IMG/VR virus record: IMGVR_UViG_3300017917_001151
Span: 18,852-82,851 of that record
Strand: one strand, 5' to 3'
DNA length: 64,000 nt
From: a virus
Part shown: piece by piece, positions 29,057 through 38,944 of the stretch
Layout of the letters: the number at the start of each line of letters is the position of its first letter
How positions within the stretch are numbered: position 1 is the first letter of the stretch
Translations under genes and position numbers: made by a program
The notes under the pieces: model-generated
Told to the model about the DNA's origin: nothing
Seen by the model: only the letters and a program-made list of their open reading frames with translations
The model's database searches: none

Positions 29057-29727
29057 GTGATTGGTCTTATTGCTACAAAATAAAAGATGGAGAGAAAGAA
29101 ACTACGAATCTGTTATACACTCCTATGAAAAATAATATAGGCGATACACTTTGCATGAAATGGGATCTAAGCGAACCTTATCAGACCAATGAAAGTTTAG
29201 ATGAAGAATTAATAGATTTCTTTTTTGAAAGAGAAGTAAAATATATCAACATTTTTAAAGACAAGCCCTGGACTCCGGAAATTAAAAAAATAGATTTAGA
29301 AAGTAAACACGTATTCTTAGAATGGAATAACGAATCTATAAACGCTATCATAAATGACCCTACTAGAAATTTAGATAACGAATGCCCGACTTGGAAAGAA
29401 CAAATTTTTAAAATTTTACAAGACATAGACGATATGGGCTACTACAAATTAGCATTGTATCCTCATTGCTTTTTTATTAACAAAAACGGAATCATAAAGA
29501 CTATTGATTTTTATTCGGTTATAGAAAAATCCAATCCTTTTATAGAAAGAAAATTAATACAAGGAATGATAGGCAAAGATTCTACCGGCAGATTTGATCA
29601 GGCAACTAACATAGGAGTAATTAATTTTAAAACATTTTTTGAAATAACAATGTTGAATCATCTCGGTAAAACATGGATAACTGATAATCCATTTCCAGAA
29701 TTTTACAGGAGATTAAACAATGATTGA
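29053..29727 (+). CDS. Kinase-fold-like protein
   Basis: REVKY, LYPHCF and KTIDF resemble kinase subdomains; paralog of 46859-47542. Confidence 0.5.
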   Translation: MSDWSYCYKIKDGEKETTNLLYTPMKNNIGDTLCMKWDLSEPYQTNESLDEELIDFFFEREVKYINIFKDKPWTPEIKKIDLESKHVFLEWNNESINAIINDPTRNLDNECPTWKEQIFKILQDIDDMGYYKLALYPHCFFINKNGIIKTIDFYSVIEKSNPFIERKLIQGMIGKDSTGRFDQATNIGVINFKTFFEITMLNHLGKTWITDNPFPEFYRRLNND

Positions 29728-30211
29728 TTGGAATTCAGTTATCGATAATTTAACAGATGGCAGTGTTGTTACTGTAGATCCTGCGAGATGGAAAATGTCT
29801 AATCCTGAATATACAGAAATGTTAAATCTTTGGGAATCGAATAACTTTAATACAGCCAGCGTGAAGTGGACAAACTATTATAGTTATGGAAATATAGAAT
29901 CGCAGATAGCAAACGAATTAAGTATTACTCCTTTACGCAGCTGGATCAGTTGTGTTGAGCCGGGATATATGACCGGATATCATTATGACATCGACGATAA
30001 CGAACAGGAATATTTAAAAAATGGACCTATTAAACGATATTCTGTATTCATAAGCGAACCGGAGGTAGGTCATGTTTTTATACTAGGAAAAGAATATTAC
30101 TATAATAAACCTCAAGGAACTATTCTTAAATGGGGACATTACAGAGATTGGCACAACGGAATCAATGGTGGATTTAAAAAGAAATATATGTTCCACATCT
30201 TAGGATATTAA
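29720..30211 (+). CDS. Fe(II)/2OG oxygenase-like protein
   Basis: PG...HYD, GHVF and WHNGIN motifs. Confidence 0.65.
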   Translation: MIDWNSVIDNLTDGSVVTVDPARWKMSNPEYTEMLNLWESNNFNTASVKWTNYYSYGNIESQIANELSITPLRSWISCVEPGYMTGYHYDIDDNEQEYLKNGPIKRYSVFISEPEVGHVFILGKEYYYNKPQGTILKWGHYRDWHNGINGGFKKKYMFHILGY

Positions 30212-30212
30212 T

Positions 30213-30896
30213 ATGCTAATTCCGTTGACTAACATAACCTATGATATCCAAGAAGCGATAGATTATTATGAAACTCTTAAGAGAGATCATAGTGATCTAA
30301 TGTGGACTAAAGATGAAATGACAGATTATTTGTCTCCCGAGGAGATGGTCATAACATCGAACAACAACAAAAATTTAGATACCCAATATCAAATGTTTCT
30401 AGCGGCAGTTGATTATAAAGAGCCTTTTACTAGTTGGACTAAAGAAAAATGTTTAGAAGTAAGCAATAATAGATTTAGGGAAATGACCAAGGGCGTCAAG
30501 ATGTGGAACATAAAATATTACGACAACGGAGTAGCCCATCCTAAACTAGATCGTCAACAGGAGTTGCAATTTGGAATAGCAAAAAAAATTATAGATATAT
30601 TTCCCGAAGTAGATGTATTTGAGTTATTAGTTAACCCTGTAGGAACGAAATATAACAGGCACACAGACGATAGCGATTCTATAAGAATTATTATTCCGAT
30701 AATATCTGATCAAGGAGCAGTATGGCATTTTGATGATGCAGATAACGTGACTCAGTATCCCGGAAATGCTTATCTTCTGTTAAAAGAATTTCCGCATGCC
30801 ACAGATGTATTTGGTCCTAATAAAAGAGTGTCTATGCATTTTTTAATAGATGCTAAACATAGGGACTGGGTACAATCTTTAAAATTGCATATCTAG
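30213..30896 (+). CDS. Asp/Asn beta-hydroxylase-like oxygenase
   Basis: HTD, RIIIPI and PHAT..RV motifs. Confidence 0.65.
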   Translation: MLIPLTNITYDIQEAIDYYETLKRDHSDLMWTKDEMTDYLSPEEMVITSNNNKNLDTQYQMFLAAVDYKEPFTSWTKEKCLEVSNNRFREMTKGVKMWNIKYYDNGVAHPKLDRQQELQFGIAKKIIDIFPEVDVFELLVNPVGTKYNRHTDDSDSIRIIIPIISDQGAVWHFDDADNVTQYPGNAYLLLKEFPHATDVFGPNKRVSMHFLIDAKHRDWVQSLKLHI

Positions 30897-30904
30897 GATA
30901 TCGA

Positions 30905-31993
30905 ATGTTTTCATTTAGCGAATTAGAACAAGTACAAATCGAAATTACAAATAGATGCCAGGCTAGCTGTCCCATGTGTCTAAGAAATATACATGGAGGA
31001 ATCGAAAATCCTTCATTGATTCCCAATGACTGGACCTTAGATCAATTTAAGAAAATTTTTAATTCAGAAGTTCTTGATCAAATTAAAAATGTAATTTTTT
31101 GTGGAGACTTTGGGGATCCTATTCTAAATAACGATCTAATTGACATGTGTCAATACGTAAAAGAAAATAGTACCGCAGGCATTCAGATCCATACCAACGG
31201 AAGTGCTAGAAATCTATCATGGTGGAAAGAACTTGCCGCTGCAATGCCAACTAATCATATAATAGAATTTGCCTTAGACGGGCTCGCCGATACTCATGCT
31301 TTGTATAGAATTGGCACAGATTATCATAAAATTATTCAGAATGCTAAAGCATTTATGGATGCCGGCGGCAAAGCACGTTGGATGTACATTAAATTTAAAC
31401 ACAACGAACATCAGGTCGACGAAGCTCGCAGTGTTGCTAACGAGCTAGGATTCGAATCATTCCTTGTTAAGACTAGTAAAAGATTTGGAAAGAAATTTCC
31501 TGTCCTTGATAAAACAGGAAACGTAACGCACTACATAGAACAACCTATCAGTAGTAATATTAAACCTGTTGAATTTGTCGATTTAAAAGATTATAAACAA
31601 TGGCAAATTGATGTTAGTTGTTTTGCACTAGAATCTAAAGAACTATACATAGATGCGAACGGTTACCTAATGCCCTGCTGTATAATAGGTTCTTTCCTTT
31701 ATGCAAATTATGATACGATGTTATATGAAAAATATAATCTCTTAGACAGCACAAGCATCACAGGCCTTGCTAGAGAAGTACAATTAGAAGTATTTGATTT
31801 AATCGAAGAATTTGGAGGCTTCGGTAAATTAGATGCAAACATTCATGGAATCAAACAAATAATGCAGCAACGTATCTGGCAAGAGTTAGTTCAAAAAAAG
31901 TGGAAAGAACGATCACTGTCACCCTGTAAAATTTTATGCGGGTCGAGCTCTCCGTTCATTAAAATACATGAACAGATAAACTATCAATCATAG
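30905..31993 (+). CDS. Radical SAM/SPASM protein, group C
   Basis: CQASCPMC; close paralog of 21187-22239. Confidence 0.92.
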   Translation: MFSFSELEQVQIEITNRCQASCPMCLRNIHGGIENPSLIPNDWTLDQFKKIFNSEVLDQIKNVIFCGDFGDPILNNDLIDMCQYVKENSTAGIQIHTNGSARNLSWWKELAAAMPTNHIIEFALDGLADTHALYRIGTDYHKIIQNAKAFMDAGGKARWMYIKFKHNEHQVDEARSVANELGFESFLVKTSKRFGKKFPVLDKTGNVTHYIEQPISSNIKPVEFVDLKDYKQWQIDVSCFALESKELYIDANGYLMPCCIIGSFLYANYDTMLYEKYNLLDSTSITGLAREVQLEVFDLIEEFGGFGKLDANIHGIKQIMQQRIWQELVQKKWKERSLSPCKILCGSSSPFIKIHEQINYQS

Positions 31994-32821
31994 ATAGTTA
32001 AATGTTGCTCGGTGAACTAGTCTAGAAGACATTTTTGAAAATGCTAGCCTTCTATGGACACCTAGCCATTGATCGCTAATTGATACATCGCCATCTTCCC
32101 AATCGTGGCGATAACAATATTTTTCCTGTGTGATAAACTTAAACAAAGGAATCGCGATTTCTAAACTTTCTTCTCTAGACATTCCTACAAATCGTTCAAA
32201 CTGATCTATACTCAGATGTATCCCAACTTTTCCGATATGATTTTTATAAACTAACGGAACCGGTTTGTCCTCATAAACAGTTCTGTTATCGAAACTTTCT
32301 TGAGATCGCATAACACTATGATTTACTCCGCCGTAAAATATACCTTGTAGATTATTAATTTTTTCTTTTGTAGAAGAATCTAAATCATTATAGGCCAACA
32401 CAGTATTATTCCATTCAGTTATAGATCCGCTAGTTCCTTGAACAGCATACAAATATGCTATGCTAGATTTTCCTCTAACATGAGGTGATTCGTTGTGCCA
32501 AAGTCCTTCTTCGTCGTGCCCGGCTACTCCCGGTTCTCCGGTTTCATTTTTTTCTCCGGTGACTCTTTGTATGTAACCTTCTTGATCTAGATTAAAACGT
32601 TTTGATAGAGGATGATTTGGTTCATATAATTTATGTGGATCGGGCCACATCTTTATAAATTTTATTTCATCTTCTATACTAAGATTTTGATTCTTTATTT
32701 TTACACAGGTATAATTTGCACAAAGGTTAGATAAGAGTTCGATGTCTGCAGGAGTGGCAGCTTTTACGTCAAAGTCTTCTACAATCACAGTCCATCCGTT
32801 GTTGTGTAATTTATATTTCAT
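31988..32821 (-). CDS. TauD/TfdA-family dioxygenase
   Basis: WHNE, HDWEDGD, VHRR and R.VHR motifs. Confidence 0.8.
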   Translation of the reverse strand: MKYKLHNNGWTVIVEDFDVKAATPADIELLSNLCANYTCVKIKNQNLSIEDEIKFIKMWPDPHKLYEPNHPLSKRFNLDQEGYIQRVTGEKNETGEPGVAGHDEEGLWHNESPHVRGKSSIAYLYAVQGTSGSITEWNNTVLAYNDLDSSTKEKINNLQGIFYGGVNHSVMRSQESFDNRTVYEDKPVPLVYKNHIGKVGIHLSIDQFERFVGMSREESLEIAIPLFKFITQEKYCYRHDWEDGDVSISDQWLGVHRRLAFSKMSSRLVHRATFNYL

Positions 32822-33338
32822 CGTAGTAGGTAATTTGTAATGTATATCGTATATTGTTTGAAGTATTAATTACTCCGTGAACGCACATAGGGTCTGACCA
32901 TTCATATACGTCTCCGGCTTTATAACCAGTAAGCATTGTGTTATCGTAGACAAATATGTGACCCGGTTCCCAGTCTTGTAAAAATAAAGAATACCTTACA
33001 GGATTGTTTACTTCAATTAAATGAGGATCTATGTGCATGGCCTGTTGTTCACCGGGAAGAAGTTTAACAAACCACCATGCTGTAACTTTTCTAGTTTTGG
33101 GAAGTACAGGAAGTGTAACTTCGAATCCCTGCATATCTTTACTCTTAGGATTGAACTGATGAAATACCGGACCATTATTTGAATACACAGGTCTTGCACG
33201 TTCTTTGTATTCTTCTAATAAAGGATGACCAGTCCAGCGTTCTGGTTGCCACACAGGAACCTGATCCCCATCATTTAAACTTAAATGATTTAATATTTCA
33301 GGAGTAATCCAAGAACGGTAGTTACCTATGTAATCCAT
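32811..33338 (-). CDS. Fe(II)/2OG oxygenase-like protein (GNY paralog family)
   Basis: HIDPH, FLQDWEPGHIF, HGVIN..RY. Confidence 0.7.
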   Translation of the reverse strand: MDYIGNYRSWITPEILNHLSLNDGDQVPVWQPERWTGHPLLEEYKERARPVYSNNGPVFHQFNPKSKDMQGFEVTLPVLPKTRKVTAWWFVKLLPGEQQAMHIDPHLIEVNNPVRYSLFLQDWEPGHIFVYDNTMLTGYKAGDVYEWSDPMCVHGVINTSNNIRYTLQITYYDEI

Positions 33339-33904
33339 TAATATCCTGCTTCCTTATTAGGAACTAAAAATTCACCGTCGATCTTATCTTGCATTGAGAT
33401 TTGTAATGAATAACGTATCACATGACTAGTATTAATAACAGCATGTTCCATCAACGGACTATCCCATTCGAAGAGATCACCTGCCTTATAATCAGAAATA
33501 GTTTTGTTATTGTAGATAAAAATATGTCCTGGTTGCCAATCTTGTAGGAACATTGTATATCTGACAGGTCTTATAGAAGTATACAGATGTGGATCTTGAT
33601 GGACTGTTTGATATTGCCCAGGTTTTAATTTAACAATCCACCAGAAAATTTCATTTCGAGTTTCTGGAAGCTCTGGTAAATCAATAGGATCATCTCTAAA
33701 AGGATCTGAAACTCTAAAGTATTGTTGAAAAGTATTGTCTTTGTGTTTTTCGTAGACTTTAATTTTTTCAATGTACTGACTTAGTGCAGGATGGCCTTCC
33801 CAGCGACCTGCGCTGTGTAATTTTGTAACTCCCGATTCGTCATGCTCCATCCTTGATAGTAGGTCAGGAGTAAACCACCAGCTATAATTTCCTTTAAATT
33901 TCAT
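33338..33904 (-). CDS. Fe(II)/2OG oxygenase-like protein (GNY paralog family)
   Basis: HQDPH, FLQDWQPGHIF, HAVIN..RY. Confidence 0.7.
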   Translation of the reverse strand: MKFKGNYSWWFTPDLLSRMEHDESGVTKLHSAGRWEGHPALSQYIEKIKVYEKHKDNTFQQYFRVSDPFRDDPIDLPELPETRNEIFWWIVKLKPGQYQTVHQDPHLYTSIRPVRYTMFLQDWQPGHIFIYNNKTISDYKAGDLFEWDSPLMEHAVINTSHVIRYSLQISMQDKIDGEFLVPNKEAGY

Positions 33905-34272
33905 AGTTGATCACCGTCGCATAGTCTAATTTCTAACATACTGGAAGTTGTATATCCTATGTTAGCACAACTGTAAATTACTTCAGGATCTTTATCTAGT
34001 TCGTAAAGATCTCCCGCTTTGTAATCAGCAAGCATAGAACTATTATAGGTAAAGATGTGTCCAATCTCCCAGTCAGTTAAAAACATAATATACTTTACAG
34101 GATTTGGCGAGTTGGAAATAAAAGAATCTTTATGTGTAAGTTCGTATCTGCCTGGCTCAAATGTGCTAATGACCCAAGAAGAACTTTGTCGAGTTTCGGG
34201 TAACGGGGGTAATTCTATATCGTTAACATCATCTTTTGGAATTAAATCTTTATAATTTCCAATATATTTCAT
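33901..34272 (-). CDS. Shortened, probably inactive GNY-family paralog
   Basis: About 50 aa missing internally; distal His replaced by Tyr (VIYSCAN). Confidence 0.6.
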   Translation of the reverse strand: MKYIGNYKDLIPKDDVNDIELPPLPETRQSSSWVISTFEPGRYELTHKDSFISNSPNPVKYIMFLTDWEIGHIFTYNSSMLADYKAGDLYELDKDPEVIYSCANIGYTTSSMLEIRLCDGDQL

Positions 34273-34299
34273 GATTAAGGTATCCTATTATCTACTTCA

Positions 34300-34309
34300 T
34301 AAATATTTA
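34300..34309. promoter_or_regulatory. Palindromic bidirectional late-promoter-like site TAAATATTTA
   Basis: Lies between divergent genes; same 10-mer at 40023-40032. Confidence 0.65.
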
Positions 34310-34337
34310 ACGTAGATATAATAAGGGATATGGTAAA

Positions 34338-34892
34338 GTGGAATCGATGTTTTATAAACTAAACATAGAAATAGATATTCAAAAAGCTCAAGACTATTAC
34401 CGAATATTAGAAGAACAACATCAAGATAAAAAATGGACCTCCCCACTCGGCGATAAAACTATCTACGGTTGGTCTCTACATATCATGAACGGAGAGAGTG
34501 GACCTTTTGGTTTTTATGATATGGAAACTGAACCCCTCGGAGTTGAAAACTATTATAGGTCTGAACTCTGCTTCGGGTGGGCAGAAGAAATATTAAATTT
34601 ATTTCCTTATGGTTACAGAGCAGGCCTTGGTGTTAGCCCTGCAGGTACCGTAGTTCCTCCGCATGTTGACTTCAACTGGGCAGATATGATGAGATTACAT
34701 ATTCCTATCCACACCAACGAAAAATATATCTGGCATACTCATGAACCAGATTTACATATGGAACTCGGCAGTGTGTATCTAGTTGATACATCTAATGTAC
34801 ACTCGACTACCAACGGCGGCGATACAGCGAGAGTACATTTAGGTATGAACATACCTAGAAAAAACTTCGACGATATTAAGAAGTTCTTATAG
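34338..34892 (+). CDS. Asp/Asn beta-hydroxylase-like oxygenase
   Basis: PHVD, RLHIPIHTN and HSTTNGG..RVHL motifs. Confidence 0.8.
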   Translation: MESMFYKLNIEIDIQKAQDYYRILEEQHQDKKWTSPLGDKTIYGWSLHIMNGESGPFGFYDMETEPLGVENYYRSELCFGWAEEILNLFPYGYRAGLGVSPAGTVVPPHVDFNWADMMRLHIPIHTNEKYIWHTHEPDLHMELGSVYLVDTSNVHSTTNGGDTARVHLGMNIPRKNFDDIKKFL

Positions 34893-35391
34893 TATAAGTG
34901 GAAAAATGAAAAGTTAGCCTAGTAGTATTTCCGATATTACAGGCACAGTGAATTGCCTGAGGATCTGGATAACAATAGATATCGCCTTTCTTATAATTTA
35001 CTAGGGTTTGATCTTCGTACATAAAAATATGTCCTGGCTCCCAATCTTGTAATGCCATCCAGTAACGTTTAACATCATAAAACTCCGGATCATAAGTATG
35101 TGGATCTCTATGAATAGGCATAAAGTTTCCAGGTTTCATTTTAATAAACCACCACATATGATCTTTGTCGTTATCAAACGGCAGTTCTAACGATAGAGGA
35201 AATGAATCATTATCGTTTGTATAATGATACCAATAGACCTGACTAAGGTCGTAGCCATGTTCTTTGGCTTTTCTAAATTCTTCTGAATCAGGATTATGAC
35301 CACCACCCGGTCTAGGTATGCCAGGATTGTTTAATACATATTCAAGATACTCGTCTTTGATCCAGTCTGCAAAGTTCCCAACGTACATCAT
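34876..35391 (-). CDS. Fe(II)/2OG oxygenase-like protein (GNY paralog family)
   Basis: HRDPH, LQDWEPGHIF, HCACN..R. Confidence 0.7.
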   Translation of the reverse strand: MMYVGNFADWIKDEYLEYVLNNPGIPRPGGGHNPDSEEFRKAKEHGYDLSQVYWYHYTNDNDSFPLSLELPFDNDKDHMWWFIKMKPGNFMPIHRDPHTYDPEFYDVKRYWMALQDWEPGHIFMYEDQTLVNYKKGDIYCYPDPQAIHCACNIGNTTRLTFHFSTYTIRTS

Positions 35392-35972
35392 TATTTTATT
35401 CTTCCTGTAATCTTTTTTGTAAGTTCAAAATCTGATCTTCTGATATCAAACACCATGCCAACACCGTCTTCACTGCCTTCATTTATAAATTCATGTTCTT
35501 CGCCGATGTCGATTATATAAACATTTCCGGGCTGTAAGTCTGCTACACCTTCTTTAGTGATCCATTTGATAGTAGGATTGTTTATGAAAGGTATCCATCC
35601 TCTCATAGCATCTCTTTCTTCGTTAGAATCAGCATGAGGAGGTGCATATACTCCGGGCGGTGTGACTCCAACAGCAAATCGATATGCCATAGGAAACAGG
35701 TCCATTAACGCTCTTCCGAAACCAAACGCTGCATCTGTATCGTGATAGTTTTCTTTGCCCATTAATTCAACACTTCTATATAGACCGTATGGCTTTTTAG
35801 GATCTTCGCTTTTCGGAATAGATAAAGACCAACCGTAAATGTCTTTGATAGTTTCAAAAGCAGGTTGATCCGGCATGTTCCATTTAAGATAGGGACATGT
35901 TTTTTCTACTTCTCTGTAATATCTAATTCCGTCCTCTGGATCAAATGTAACATCTAACTTAGTAACTATCAT
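35391..35972 (-). CDS. Asp/Asn beta-hydroxylase-like oxygenase
   Basis: PPHAD and HEFIN motifs; paralog of 34338-34892. Confidence 0.7.
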   Translation of the reverse strand: MIVTKLDVTFDPEDGIRYYREVEKTCPYLKWNMPDQPAFETIKDIYGWSLSIPKSEDPKKPYGLYRSVELMGKENYHDTDAAFGFGRALMDLFPMAYRFAVGVTPPGVYAPPHADSNEERDAMRGWIPFINNPTIKWITKEGVADLQPGNVYIIDIGEEHEFINEGSEDGVGMVFDIRRSDFELTKKITGRIK

Positions 35973-36592
35973 AATAAATCCTTATAGTCAAATAGTTCTT
36001 CTGGTGTATCGTAAATTTTCTTTTCTTCTTTTAATCTAACAATAAACACCATACGAGTATTTGGTCCGTAGTTCACAGAAGTATGATATATGTCTGATTT
36101 AATAAAAGTTATTTTATCAATTGTTGTAGAACCTATAGGTTCTAAATTTAATTCTGGATTGGCAAATGAAACCCAAAAATTATAAGGCGGCTCTGGACGA
36201 ATTCTATTAACAATTATTTCGTTATCGTCAGATACATCTTCATTTCTAAACCAATAATTAGTTGTTTCTTGAGTATTAGCTATAGGAATAACTATTACCC
36301 ATTGGTTAGCAATCATCCTATCTTCCGGTACCTTACCGTTATCTTTTTTAAGACCGTCGATGTGAGTCATTAGACTTTTATTTCCGGGCAAAAAACATGA
36401 ACTTGTTTCTACTACTTCAGTAAGGCATCTCGAAAAAACAAAATCATGCAAGGTTGGAAAATTAGAATAGTCCATTTGCACGAAATATTCTTCTTCTGCA
36501 TCCGGCCTAAGGATAGAATTTTTATCAATATATTCTAATACTTCTCGTTGTATTTGTTCGAGCTGAGGAACGTTTATTTTTTGATAAAGCAT
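35969..36592 (-). CDS. Cupin/2OG oxygenase-like protein
   Basis: HIDG and YHTSVN..R motifs. Confidence 0.6.
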   Translation of the reverse strand: MLYQKINVPQLEQIQREVLEYIDKNSILRPDAEEEYFVQMDYSNFPTLHDFVFSRCLTEVVETSSCFLPGNKSLMTHIDGLKKDNGKVPEDRMIANQWVIVIPIANTQETTNYWFRNEDVSDDNEIIVNRIRPEPPYNFWVSFANPELNLEPIGSTTIDKITFIKSDIYHTSVNYGPNTRMVFIVRLKEEKKIYDTPEELFDYKDLL

Positions 36593-37395
36593 TAGTATGT
36601 GTCCAAGTGATCTATGCCTAACTTTTTACGGAAATCTTCTGTAAATTTTCCATCAATGCGTAGACTGTAACTTTGTTCCATGATACGTTCTCCACCATGC
36701 CAGTCTACATCATTCCACCATGCAGCTCGTGTATTGAGATATGTTTTGTTTTTTGTTTCGGGATCCCACAGATAGAATGCTTTCTTAGTGTTAGGACGTA
36801 TGTGTATAAATTCGTTGCGATGAGGCGTAACAACATTAACACCATTCTTGGCATCTAAGTCTCGGTGTTCGAAAGGAATACCGTCTGCCTCGCAATGAAA
36901 GAATATAACACGGCCGATGTCTACAAAGATAGTACCTACTAGACTTTCAACCCACTTAACGACATTAGGAAAGTACTCCGCTTCGGGTGTAAGTTTACGT
37001 GGTGCAGTTCGATCATCCCACGAACCTTCTTCCCATAGGTAATAATAAATGTATGGATCATAAGACCCCATAGCCATCTTTAGATAGCGTGTAAAGACAT
37101 TGCGTTCTTGAAAGTTCTTAAAGTCTTTAGGCATAAGTTTCATGCCTGCTTCCTTTATAGGATCGCTGTCGGGCAGTGCCATGAACTCCTGCATGGCTTC
37201 GTAGATGGGCTTCCAGTGTACACGATAACTCATATCGTCGAAGGTAAATCCAGGAGCCATCCAAGTGCCTTCTTTGGCATGCTGTCTAGCTAATGCAAAA
37301 CCTGTAAGGATTTCCGGCTGCATTTTTTCAAAGGCAGACATGTCAATATACGGTTCCATGTCTATATATGTGTTGCCGTTAATTCCCTTAATCAT
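36592..37395 (-). CDS. Cupin/2OG oxygenase-like protein
   Basis: EHRD and DWHGG..YSLRIDG motifs. Confidence 0.6.
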   Translation of the reverse strand: MIKGINGNTYIDMEPYIDMSAFEKMQPEILTGFALARQHAKEGTWMAPGFTFDDMSYRVHWKPIYEAMQEFMALPDSDPIKEAGMKLMPKDFKNFQERNVFTRYLKMAMGSYDPYIYYYLWEEGSWDDRTAPRKLTPEAEYFPNVVKWVESLVGTIFVDIGRVIFFHCEADGIPFEHRDLDAKNGVNVVTPHRNEFIHIRPNTKKAFYLWDPETKNKTYLNTRAAWWNDVDWHGGERIMEQSYSLRIDGKFTEDFRKKLGIDHLDTY

Positions 37396-38944
37396 TATTT
37401 TTCCTATCTTCTAACATTTTTATAAGTCTTGGGTAATAATCTAATTCAACAATTTCATAAACTACTTGCTCAGGTATGTATGATTCTAGATTAAATTTAG
37501 TTCTCAATCTTGAAACCTGGAATCCCATAACTTTCATAAAATGTCCTAGGTATTGAGGTCCAAATATTTTCTTTTGTATTTCTACAATTTTTTCGTGATA
37601 CTCAACTGCTAGCCTTTCTGCTTGATTCCTATCACGGATATCTCCAGTATCTTTTTCAGTTTTCTCCCATAGGCCACCGTGAAAATCGATATGCTCGTCT
37701 GATAGCTCCTCGCTGGAAAATTTATATCCAAAATCGCTAATTCTATTATCCATATCTGATACGAATATTCTATATGGATCGTGTTTTCTATTTTCTAATG
37801 ACAAAAATAAAGGATTGATATTTGCGAAGTCTATGTAGTTGTGTCCTTCTTCTTCGTACCAAGAAATAAAGTTCTCAAAAGATTCAGTTGTATCGTTAGG
37901 TAGACCTACAATTAAATTTGCCACTACCATAACATCTTTGCCCCAACATTCTTTAGCGATTTTCAAAGCCTGAATCTTTCGATCTCTCGACCCGCCTTTT
38001 TTAATAATTTTAGCTGTTTCTGGGTTCCATGTTTCTAATCCGTACATCACATACTTAACACCAATCTTTTTCAATAGAGGCGCCATTTCAGGGTGGGCAC
38101 CTATTAGATCGATTCTTGTATACGCAGCGAAATCGGGTTGGAAAGGAAGTTTCTCTATAACTTCGCTGAGTAGTTGAAGTTTATATACACTGTCATTAAA
38201 GGTATCGTCAACAATGAAGTAGGTAGTTACTCCCCATTTTTCATAATTAGACAACAGTTCATTATAAACAACTTCTTGATATTTTAGATAATCTATTGTT
38301 TTAGATCCTATCATAGGAAATGAACAAAATGCGCACTTAAAAATACAGCCTCTAGCGAATTCAACTGACAGTAATTCCTCAGCGTGTATTAAATCGTATT
38401 CAGTATATTCAATAGAAGAAGCATTAAAGTTAAAGTCCTTGGCCTTAACATCATGACTAATGATTCTAGGCAGGTTAAAGAAAGGTATAGACATACTGTC
38501 TAAGTAAGTTTCAATTTGACCTTCACTATAGCCAATAAAAATGTTGTCAATTGATTCCTGATCTATATACTTGTGCGCAGTAAATCCACCTAAGATTATT
38601 TTTACATTAGGATTTATTGATTTAATATAATCTGCGAAGGGTTTTACGTTTTTATTTTTAAAATTAATGCTGACTGATTTTTCTTTCCAGTCGTCCGTAT
38701 CAGGAAATATATCTACCTGAGAATCAAACCAGTTGGCACTAAAACCAACAATTAAGGTTTCTTGGTCTACAGACAAATCGATAATGTTTTTAAACTTTTC
38801 CCAGTTCAGTGCAAACGAATAATTTACAACTAGTGTTTCATAGCCTTTATTTCTGATGGCCGAAGCAATACTGTATGTTCCGGCAGATCGTGTAAAGCCG
38901 AACCTTACTTCCGAGTCGCTGAATAAAATAACTTTAAATGTCAT
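37388..38944 (-). CDS. B12-binding-type radical SAM protein, group B
   Basis: IILGG, EFARGCIFKCAFC, DDTFND and GLET motifs. Confidence 0.88.
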   Translation of the reverse strand: MTFKVILFSDSEVRFGFTRSAGTYSIASAIRNKGYETLVVNYSFALNWEKFKNIIDLSVDQETLIVGFSANWFDSQVDIFPDTDDWKEKSVSINFKNKNVKPFADYIKSINPNVKIILGGFTAHKYIDQESIDNIFIGYSEGQIETYLDSMSIPFFNLPRIISHDVKAKDFNFNASSIEYTEYDLIHAEELLSVEFARGCIFKCAFCSFPMIGSKTIDYLKYQEVVYNELLSNYEKWGVTTYFIVDDTFNDSVYKLQLLSEVIEKLPFQPDFAAYTRIDLIGAHPEMAPLLKKIGVKYVMYGLETWNPETAKIIKKGGSRDRKIQALKIAKECWGKDVMVVANLIVGLPNDTTESFENFISWYEEEGHNYIDFANINPLFLSLENRKHDPYRIFVSDMDNRISDFGYKFSSEELSDEHIDFHGGLWEKTEKDTGDIRDRNQAERLAVEYHEKIVEIQKKIFGPQYLGHFMKVMGFQVSRLRTKFNLESYIPEQVVYEIVELDYYPRLIKMLEDRKNND

